This document shows, piece after piece, positions 20,005 to 28,387 of a stretch of DNA of 28,387 nucleotides. The notes under the pieces are model-generated. The model ran no database searches. It saw only the letters and a list, made by a program, of their open reading frames with translations, and was not told the DNA's origin. This stretch comes from Kofleriaceae bacterium (GTDB taxonomy: Bacteria > Myxococcota_A > Polyangia > Haliangiales > Haliangiaceae), in assembly GCA_046597055.1 (NCBI GenBank), contig JBKJLC010000169.1:1-28387 (forward strand). Reading direction: 5' to 3'. The translations under genes were made by a program, and so were the position numbers. Within the stretch, counting starts at the first letter, position 1, and each line of letters begins with the position of its first letter.

Positions 20005-22044
20005 GTGTCGGATCCCGCCATTGTCCTTCCGCCCCGGTACGGCTCGCTCGGACGGGTCCTTCACGTTGACCTGACCACGTCGACGCACCGGGTCGAGGAG
20101 GTCGACGAGTCGGTCTTCCGCCAGTTTCTCGGCGGCTACGGCCTGGGCGCGTGGCTCATGTGGAAACACTTCCCGCCCGGCACCGACGCGCTCGCGCCCG
20201 AGGCCTGCTTCGTCATCTGCTCGGGCCTCCTCACCGGCACCGGCACGCCGTTCTCAGGCCGCATCCAGATCGCCGGCAAGTCGCCGCTGACCGGGACCTG
20301 GGCCGACTCCAACTCGGGCGGCTCGGTCGCCTCGCACCTGCGTCGCGCCGGCTACGACGCGCTGGTCGTCGTGGGCAAGGCGCCGACCCCGACCCTCCTC
20401 GTGATCCAGGACGACGAGGTCAGGTTCGAGCCAGCCGACGACCTGTGGGGCCAGCAGATCCCGCCGGTGTTCGACGAGCTCAAGCGCCGCTACGGCGGAC
20501 GTCGCGACGTCGGGGTCAGCGCGATCGGCCCCGCCGGCGAGCGCCAGGCCCGCATCGCCTCGGTGATGAACGACCGTTACCACGCGTTCGGCCGTCAGGG
20601 CTTCGGCGCGATCTACGGGGCCAAGCAGCTCAAGGCGATCGTGGTCGGTGGCTCGGGCGAGGTGCCGATCGCGCGGCCCAAGGAGTGGAAGGCGGTCTGC
20701 AAGCAGATCAACGACGAGTACCGGACCTCGATCGGCTTCTTCATGCGGCTCATGGTGTGGATGGCCAAGCCCAAGAGCTGGCTGGCCTGGATGTACCGGA
20801 TGTTTCCCAAGCGGCGCCTGAAGATCCAGGCGCCGACCGCGGCGATGCGCCAGCTGTGGTCCGATCGCGGCACCACCGGCGCGGTCAGCCTGTCGATCGA
20901 GAACGGCGACGCCCCGGTCAAGAACTGGAAGGGCGTCGGCAGCCGCGACTTCGGCATGAGCAAGCACGGCCACAAGCTCGACGGCAAAGAGGTCGACAAG
21001 TACATCACGAAGAAGCTGTCGTGCGGCGACTGCCCGGCGCCGTGCAAGGGCATCGTGAGGGTGAAGAGCAAGGGCCTGACCGATGTCCGGCGCCCGGACT
21101 ACGAGACGATCTGCGGCTTCGGCGCCAACCTCCTCAACGACGATCTCGAGCTGGTGACCGCCTGCCACGATGCTTGCAACCGCTACGGCATGGACGCGGT
21201 CAGCTCGTCGGCGACCCTGGGCTGGGTGTGCGAGGCGGTCGAGCAGGGGATGCTCACCACCGCCGACCTCGACGGGGTCGACATGCGCTGGGGCAACGGC
21301 GAGGCCGCGCTCGCGCTGACCATCAAGATGGGCGAGGGTGACGGCTGCGGGGCGTGGCTCGCCCAGGGCGTGCAACGGGCCGCCGCACATGTCGGCAAGG
21401 GCAGCGCCGCGTTCGCGGTCCACGTCCACGGCTCCGAGCCGGCGTATCACGATCCGCGGTTCACCTCGCTGATGGGCGTGACCTACATCGCCGATCCGAC
21501 GCCGGGCCGCCACACCGCAGGGTCGGCGTCGTGGAACGAGACGTTCGGCTTCTCGTTTTCGCTGCCGAAGGCGGCGCCCAAGAGCGAGACGGTGGTGTCG
21601 TGGAAGGGCACCGAGGGCAAGGGCCGGGCCCAGGCCCACCACTCCAACGCGCACCAGGCGATGAACGGCCTCGGCCTGTGCATGTTCACGCTGATCACCG
21701 GCACGCTGCCCTGGCTCGAGCTGACCACCACGGTCACGGGCTGGGACATCAGCGAGAAGGATCTGCTCGAGGCCGGCGAGCGCATCCAGGATCTGCGGGC
21801 CGCGTTCAACTGGCGCGAGGGCATCCGTCCGACCGACTTCACCGCCCACCCGCGCATGATGGGCGAGGGCGACGGCAACCTGGCGGCGGGCCCGCTCAAG
21901 GGCATCCGGGTGCCGCTGCCGATGCTGCGCGACGACTACTTCACCGCGATGCGGTGGAACCCGCAGACCGGGCGGCTGGCGCGCGCGCGCGCGACCGAGC
22001 TCGGCATCGCCGAGCTGCTCGGCGACTACGTCGACCGCGGGTGA
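20005..22044 (+). CDS. aor: Aldehyde:ferredoxin oxidoreductase family (W/Mo-bis-pterin) enzyme
   Basis: [39 protein letters not shown], [4Fe-4S] CGDCPAPC plus GLC, PDYET, NRYGMD, GERI...FNWREG. In-frame GTG start at 20005. Confidence 0.93.
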   Translation: MSDPAIVLPPRYGSLGRVLHVDLTTSTHRVEEVDESVFRQFLGGYGLGAWLMWKHFPPGTDALAPEACFVICSGLLTGTGTPFSGRIQIAGKSPLTGTWADSNSGGSVASHLRRAGYDALVVVGKAPTPTLLVIQDDEVRFEPADDLWGQQIPPVFDELKRRYGGRRDVGVSAIGPAGERQARIASVMNDRYHAFGRQGFGAIYGAKQLKAIVVGGSGEVPIARPKEWKAVCKQINDEYRTSIGFFMRLMVWMAKPKSWLAWMYRMFPKRRLKIQAPTAAMRQLWSDRGTTGAVSLSIENGDAPVKNWKGVGSRDFGMSKHGHKLDGKEVDKYITKKLSCGDCPAPCKGIVRVKSKGLTDVRRPDYETICGFGANLLNDDLELVTACHDACNRYGMDAVSSSATLGWVCEAVEQGMLTTADLDGVDMRWGNGEAALALTIKMGEGDGCGAWLAQGVQRAAAHVGKGSAAFAVHVHGSEPAYHDPRFTSLMGVTYIADPTPGRHTAGSASWNETFGFSFSLPKAAPKSETVVSWKGTEGKGRAQAHHSNAHQAMNGLGLCMFTLITGTLPWLELTTTVTGWDISEKDLLEAGERIQDLRAAFNWREGIRPTDFTAHPRMMGEGDGNLAAGPLKGIRVPLPMLRDDYFTAMRWNPQTGRLARARATELGIAELLGDYVDRG

Positions 22045-22047
22045 GCC

Positions 22048-22356
22048 ATGGGCTGGTTCGGCAAGCGGGCGGCCGGCGACACCATCAAGGTCCACGTGGT
22101 GATCCGCGGCCGGATCGGCGACGGGTGGTACGACGTCGACGAGGTCGTGAAGCTGCCGGCCGGCACCACGCTGGGTCAGCTGATTGCCGAGGGCGACCGG
22201 CGCGGGTTGCCGCTGCGCGCGGCGGTCGCGCACAGCCCTCACCTCGCGCATACCCTCATGTGGAACGGCGAGCGGTGCCCGGTCGCCGACCACGAGGACC
22301 GACCGCTGGCCGACACCGACGAGATCTTCTTGCTCGCGCCCCTGGCCGGCGGCTGA
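22048..22356 (+). CDS. MoaD/ThiS family sulfur-carrier protein
   Basis: Ubiquitin-like size with C-terminal [12 protein letters not shown]. Lies 3 nt after aor, the usual aor-moaD pairing. Confidence 0.9.
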   Translation: MGWFGKRAAGDTIKVHVVIRGRIGDGWYDVDEVVKLPAGTTLGQLIAEGDRRGLPLRAAVAHSPHLAHTLMWNGERCPVADHEDRPLADTDEIFLLAPLAGG

Positions 22357-22457
22357 CAAGTACCCGTTCGCACGACGGATTCGCGCCGGCACGGCGATGG
22401 CCCACCCCCGGATTGCTTTCAGCCCGGCCGCTGCCGTAGTACGGTGTCCACGGGCGC

Positions 22458-23846
<1,389 letters not shown>

Positions 23847-23870
23847 CCAGCGGTCAGCGGCGCGCGCTCG

Positions 23871-24518
23871 TCACAGGCCAGCGCGGCTGCGGACCCACCA
23901 CACGACGTCGGACAGCGCCTGCTTCTCGACCTTCTCGAGCAGCGAGCGCACCTGGCTCTTCACGGTGTTCTCGGAGACGCCCATGACGTCGGCGAGGCGG
24001 CTGCGCGGGATGCCCTCGGCCGCGAACGCGAGGATCTGGCTCTCGCGCAGGGAGAGCTTCTGGGTCTCGGTGATCTCCGCGATCACACCGGCGAGCTTCT
24101 GGCGATCGCCGTACTGTGAGCCCGACAGCGTGCGCTGGACGAACTGCGCGAGATTCTCGGAGAAGAACGGTTTGCAGACGAACTCGACCCGCAGCGCGTG
24201 CGCGCGGTTGATCGTGGCGGGATCGTTGGAGCCGGTGAGGATGAGCACCGGCATGTTGCGGTCGTTGGTGCGCAACAGCTCGACGACCTCGAAGCCGGTA
24301 CCGTCGGGCAGCCCGATGTCGACGACCGCCGCGGCGATCTCGGTGCCGGCCTCGATGAGGTCGAACGCAGCCTCGACCGACTCCTTCGTGATCACGTCGA
24401 AGTACGCGCGGGTACCGCGCTGGATCGACCGACCGAGGGCCGGATCGTCCTCGACGATGAGCAACTTCGGCTTGGTGGTCATGGTCAGGGGCGGGGTCGC
24501 GGCGATCGCGGACTCCAT
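23871..24518 (-). CDS. NarL/LuxR-type response regulator (REC + HTH)
   Basis: LLIVEDD, VDIGLPDG, LTG, KP. HTH region LSLRESQIL...VSENTVKSQV. An AAGGGG SD lies upstream of ATG 24518. Confidence 0.93.
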   Translation of the reverse strand: MESAIAATPPLTMTTKPKLLIVEDDPALGRSIQRGTRAYFDVITKESVEAAFDLIEAGTEIAAAVVDIGLPDGTGFEVVELLRTNDRNMPVLILTGSNDPATINRAHALRVEFVCKPFFSENLAQFVQRTLSGSQYGDRQKLAGVIAEITETQKLSLRESQILAFAAEGIPRSRLADVMGVSENTVKSQVRSLLEKVEKQALSDVVWWVRSRAGL

Positions 24519-24653
24519 GGGTACCCCCTTTTTGCCACAAACCAGGCCCGAGCGGAGACGCACTGCGCCCAGGCGCGCGGCGACTCCCGCGATCCCTCGC
24601 CCCGGATGGGTGATGTGGGGAGACGTAGGTAGGCTCCGGTGGCCCGGGCTGGG

Positions 24654-26234
24654 CTAGCCGGCCAGCATCGTGGCGATCAGCCCGCCGTAGATCATCAGGA
24701 GCCGGTTGATGTCGTTGTCGTGGATGCGCAGCTCGAAGCCGAGGTAGTAGTCGCGCCCGTAGCGCGCCTCCTCGAACTGCGTGGGATGCGTCTCGTTGGC
24801 CCACGGCTGCACCGGCAGGTAGTCGCCGCGCGTGAGGACGTCGTCGATCCCGCCGAGGATGTACAGCGACCGGAACACGGCGAGCGCCGCGGTCAGCTTG
24901 ATCCGCGGCGGGTGCGAGAAGCTCGACTCCATCGCGTCGACCGACAGCTTGAGGCGACCGCGCCCGACCAGGAAGTCACCGCCCGCGCCGAAGTTCGACT
25001 CCTTGATGCCGAGTCGCAGGGCGAAGCGCCCGAACCGGCGGCCCCACTGTGCGGTGAAGCGCAACCGCTCCGGGATGAAGGTGGTGCGCGCGAATTCTGT
25101 CGAGTCCGGGATCTCGGTCAGGCTGACCTGCGGGTTGTCGCCGGTCGGGCCCTTCTCGGCCTCGACCAGATAGAACTGGTCGTTGCGCGCGGCCAGCTCG
25201 GCGGTGACGTAGAAGCGCGGCTGCCGCGAGATGAAGTTGAGCTCGACGCGGAAGCCGAGCGTGGTTTTGAGCCGGTCGAGCGTGCCGGTCGAACCCTCGA
25301 GGGCGACCGTGGTGTCGTCGATCGTCTCGGCGATCGACGGGTCGTTGATCATGCGGGCCAGGGTGCCCTGGCGCCCGTTCGAGGGCGCACCGCCGAGGTC
25401 GGCCAGCAGCTCGTTGGCGTCGTCGAGGTACGGGTCGACCTCGTCGACCCGGGCCCGAGCGGTGCCGAGCGCCTCGCCGACGTCGGCGCGGGCGGTGCGG
25501 AGGTCGGCGGTGACCGCGTCGACCTCGCCCGGCAAGCTGCGCAGGCGGCGGCCGATCCGCGGCGCGGCCTCGGCCACCGTCGCGGCCGAGTTGGCGGTCC
25601 ACTCGTCGAAGCGCGCGGTCTGGCGGGCCAACCGCTGCAGTGGCGTGGCGATCGCGCCGGCGGCGAGCCGGCGGTCGAGGTCGACCATCCGCGTGCCGAA
25701 GTCGCCGGACACCCACTCGCGGCCTTCCTCCAGAAAGGCGTCGGCCGCCGCCGTGGAGTCGTCGAGCCGCGGCAGCGAGCGCTCGATGCTGCGCATGACC
25801 TGATCGGTCGTCGTGGCCTCGACCACCCGCGGGATCTGCTCGCCGCTGCGCAGGCGGCGACGGGTCCGGTTGCTGACCGTCGGATCGTCCGGATCGGGGC
25901 CGCCCGGCGAGATCTCGACGTAGTTGTCGCCGAGCGCGGAGCTGGCCTTCTTGGTCGCCCAGGCGTCGTCCCAGATCACGACCTCGTCGGCCAGGCGCAG
26001 GTCGACCCGCGCCAGGTTGCCCTCGATCGTGAGCTTGTCGATCTGGCCGACGCTGACGCCGGCGATCACGACCCGCGAGCCGACCGGGAGTCCGGACGCG
26101 TCGCGGAACAGCACGTAGCTGCGGAACCCGCCCTCGACCTGCGGCGGCCGCGCGACCCGCACCACGGCGATCACGATCACGCCCGCGAGGGCGGCGATGA
26201 TTCCGACCGTGACCAAGCGCGAGAGCCAGCGCAC
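24654..26234 (-). CDS. Long MlaD/MCE family protein (TM-MCE-helical linker-beta-rich C-terminal domain)
   Basis: N-terminal TM, MCE motifs FRDASGLPVGSRVVIAGVSVGQI and LGDNYVEISPG, helical region, GTLARMIND, then beta-strands. Confidence 0.9.
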   Translation of the reverse strand: MRWLSRLVTVGIIAALAGVIVIAVVRVARPPQVEGGFRSYVLFRDASGLPVGSRVVIAGVSVGQIDKLTIEGNLARVDLRLADEVVIWDDAWATKKASSALGDNYVEISPGGPDPDDPTVSNRTRRRLRSGEQIPRVVEATTTDQVMRSIERSLPRLDDSTAAADAFLEEGREWVSGDFGTRMVDLDRRLAAGAIATPLQRLARQTARFDEWTANSAATVAEAAPRIGRRLRSLPGEVDAVTADLRTARADVGEALGTARARVDEVDPYLDDANELLADLGGAPSNGRQGTLARMINDPSIAETIDDTTVALEGSTGTLDRLKTTLGFRVELNFISRQPRFYVTAELAARNDQFYLVEAEKGPTGDNPQVSLTEIPDSTEFARTTFIPERLRFTAQWGRRFGRFALRLGIKESNFGAGGDFLVGRGRLKLSVDAMESSFSHPPRIKLTAALAVFRSLYILGGIDDVLTRGDYLPVQPWANETHPTQFEEARYGRDYYLGFELRIHDNDINRLLMIYGGLIATMLAG

Positions 26235-26240
26235 CGCGGG

Positions 26241-26249
26241 ATGGTAGCA
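26241..26249 (-). promoter_or_regulatory. Extended -10 TGC-TACCAT, probable leaderless promoter
   Basis: 6 nt before the GTG start at 26234. Confidence 0.55.
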
Positions 26250-26270
26250 GGATCGGCGACGGCGCCCGCG

Positions 26271-27179
26271 TCAGCGCGCGCGCCGCGTGACTCGGACCAG
26301 GTCGACCGAGAAGATCAGGAGCGCCGCCCAGATGAACGCGAAGGCCGTGAGCTTGCGCACGGCCAGCGGCTCGCCGAACAGCAGCACCGCCGTGAGGAAC
26401 TGGCCGGTCGGCGCCAGGTACTGCAGGAAGCCGATGATCGCGAGCGGCAGCCGACGGGTGGCGGCGGTGAACCAGGCCAGCGGCAGGGCCGTGACCACGC
26501 CGGTCGCGGCCAGCAGTGCGTGGGTTGACAGGTCAGCGTGGCCGAACGCGCCGCGGCCCGCGGCGGCGAGATAGAGCAGGTAAGCCGCGCCCAGCGGCGC
26601 CATCAGCGCGGTCTCGATCGCCGAGCCGGCGAGGGCCTCGACCCGCGCGGTCTTGCGGAGGAGGCCGTACAGCCCGAACGTGGACGCGAGCCCGAGCGAC
26701 AGCCAGGGCGCGCCGGCCCCGAGCGCCAGCCAGACCACGCCGACCGAGGCCAGCGCGATCGCCACCAGCTGCAGCCGGCGCAGGCGCTCGCGCAGGAACA
26801 CCACCCCGAGCGCGACCGAGACCAGCGGGTTGATGAAGTAGCCGAGGCTGGCCTGCAGCAGATGCCCGCCCAGGGTCGCGTAGATGAACAGGCCCCAGTT
26901 GACGGCGAGCAGGAGCGCCGAGCCGGCCAGGGTCGCCAGCAACCGGCGGTCGCGGACCGCCGCGCGCACCGCGGGGAGCTCGCCGGTGGCCGCGACCAGC
27001 ACGACGAACGCGGCCAGGCCGAACACCGCGCGGTACGCGAGGATCTCGACCGGCGAGATCCCGCCCAGCAGCTTCCAGTAGATGGGGACGACGCCCCACG
27101 TCGCGTAGGCGGCGATCCCGAGCAGGAGGCCGGTGCGGAGCTGGCGCTGCTCGGGCGTACGCGGCGCGGGCTCGGTCAT
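26271..27179 (-). CDS. rarD: EamA/DMT transporter RarD
   Basis: AYATWG..PIYWK, EILAYR, NWGLFIYA, ASLGYFINPL, FGLYGLLRK, GFLQYLAPT. The start ATG overlaps the alaX stop (ATGA). Confidence 0.94.
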   Translation of the reverse strand: MTEPAPRTPEQRQLRTGLLLGIAAYATWGVVPIYWKLLGGISPVEILAYRAVFGLAAFVVLVAATGELPAVRAAVRDRRLLATLAGSALLLAVNWGLFIYATLGGHLLQASLGYFINPLVSVALGVVFLRERLRRLQLVAIALASVGVVWLALGAGAPWLSLGLASTFGLYGLLRKTARVEALAGSAIETALMAPLGAAYLLYLAAAGRGAFGHADLSTHALLAATGVVTALPLAWFTAATRRLPLAIIGFLQYLAPTGQFLTAVLLFGEPLAVRKLTAFAFIWAALLIFSVDLVRVTRRAR

Positions 27180-28366
27180 CCCGGGCGCGGTCCTGCGGTC
27201 GCGACCAGGGCGGCCAGCGCGGCGACCGCGTCGACGCCGGCCGGCAGCCGGCCCTCGGCGTGCTCCGGCTTGCCACCGCCGCGGCCGCCGGCGGCGGCAG
27301 CCAGCTGGCGGAGGAGCGCGCCGCAGTCGCGGGTCGAGCCGACGGCGCGGGCGAGCAGCACCTGGGTGCCGTCGGCGGTGGTGGCGGCCAGGAGCGCGTC
27401 CTTGCCGGCCGCGTTGAGCTGGCTGGCCAGCGGGCGCAGAAGCGCCGGCTCGGGCACGGCCGCGACCACCACGCCGTCGGTGGCGGCGGCGACCAAGGCG
27501 CCAGCCAGCGCGGTCGCGAGCTGCTCGCGCAGCGCGGCGGCGTCGGCGCGGCTGTCGGCGACGGCCCGGCGCAGCTTGTCGACCGCGCCGGCCAGCTCGG
27601 CCGGCGCGCAGGTCAGCTCGCGGGCGAGCCGGGTGAGCAGCTCGCTGTGCTCGGCCAGGGCGGCGCGGGCGCGGGCGCCGGCGGCGAAGTGGATGCGCGT
27701 CATGCCCTTGTAGCGCTCGGTCGCGAGCACGCGGATCGGACCGACCTGCGCGGAGCGCGCGCAGTGGGTGCCGCCGCACGGCGACACGTCGAAGTCGCCG
27801 ACCGCGATCACGCGCACCTCCGAGGCCACCTTGGGCTCGCGCCGCAGCGGCAGCCGCGCCAGCTCGTCGGGCTCGGGGAACCAGGCCCGGATCGGCAGGT
27901 CGTCGTCGATCACGTCGTTGGCGAGCGCCTCGGCGGCGGCCAGCTCGCGCTCGGGGATCGCGTCGCGGCGCACGTCGATCGTGCAGCCGGTCTCGCCGAG
28001 GCGGGCCGACACGGTCTCGGCCGCCGCGCGGTCGAGCAGCGCGCGCGACAGGATGTGCTGGGCGGTGTGCTGCGCCATGTGGATACGCCGCCGCGGCCAG
28101 TCGATCGCGCCGTCGACCTCGGCGCCCGCGGGTGGGGCGGCGCCCTCGACGACGTGGTGGATGCGGCCGTCGTCGTCGACCTGGACGTCGACCACCGCGG
28201 CGCCGCCCAGCGTGCCCCGATCGGCCATCTGGCCGCCGGCCTCGGGATAAAACGCGGTCGCGTCGAGCAGCAGCGTCGCGCGGTCACCGAGCGTGGCGTG
28301 GCCCACCACGGTCGCGCGAAAACTGCGAAGAAACGCGTCGTGATGGTAGAGGCGCGCGGTCGACAT
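27176..28366 (-). CDS. Alanyl-tRNA editing protein AlaX (large form with DHHA1/C-Ala-like domain)
   Basis: TAFYPEAGGQMADRG, Zn motifs HTAQH (HxxxH) and CGGTH, C-terminal GRGGGK. No aminoacylation domain. Confidence 0.93.
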   Translation of the reverse strand: MSTARLYHHDAFLRSFRATVVGHATLGDRATLLLDATAFYPEAGGQMADRGTLGGAAVVDVQVDDDGRIHHVVEGAAPPAGAEVDGAIDWPRRRIHMAQHTAQHILSRALLDRAAAETVSARLGETGCTIDVRRDAIPERELAAAEALANDVIDDDLPIRAWFPEPDELARLPLRREPKVASEVRVIAVGDFDVSPCGGTHCARSAQVGPIRVLATERYKGMTRIHFAAGARARAALAEHSELLTRLARELTCAPAELAGAVDKLRRAVADSRADAAALREQLATALAGALVAAATDGVVVAAVPEPALLRPLASQLNAAGKDALLAATTADGTQVLLARAVGSTRDCGALLRQLAAAAGGRGGGKPEHAEGRLPAGVDAVAALAALVATAGPRPG

Positions 28367-28374
28367 GCGCGGGG

Positions 28375-28383
28375 AACGTAGCA
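28375..28383 (-). promoter_or_regulatory. Extended -10 TGC-TACGTT, probable leaderless promoter
   Basis: 8 nt before ATG 28366. Confidence 0.55.
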
Positions 28384-28387
28384 GGCC

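Noticed and set aside
24525..24545. Sigma54 -24 box TGGCA upstream of the LuxR regulator
   Set aside because: There is no GC at the required -12 spacing.

Overview
Very GC-rich (visually >70%) bacterial chromosomal segment. Gene content points to a Myxococcota member (inference from an FHA-sigma54 activator, a Hanks-type Ser/Thr kinase, an FHA-coiled-coil protein, a Gly-rich lipoprotein and a long MCE protein). It has about 24 credible CDSs. In order: 3' part of groEL, REC-GAF protein, mutY, divergent folE, a two-gene operon for a CX4CH lipoprotein cytochrome c plus a Cyc2-like cytochrome-porin fusion (divergent from a low-affinity iron permease family gene), YihY, GST, an orphan ORF, a PilZ-like protein, sua5-purE-purK, a compositionally atypical hybrid histidine kinase, FHA-coiled-coil plus Ser/Thr kinase, Gly-rich lipoprotein, AOR-family oxidoreductase plus MoaD, FHA-sigma54 activator, LuxR-type regulator, MCE protein, rarD and alaX. 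I recognised no rRNA, tRNA, CRISPR or transposase. The best candidate for an undescribed system is the minimal outer-membrane electron conduit next to the iron permease gene (4069-6051). Also notable are an amphipathic insertion in the AOR, a codon-usage break inside groEL, and repeated leaderless-type -10 promoters. All family calls come from motif recognition by eye; no database searches were run.
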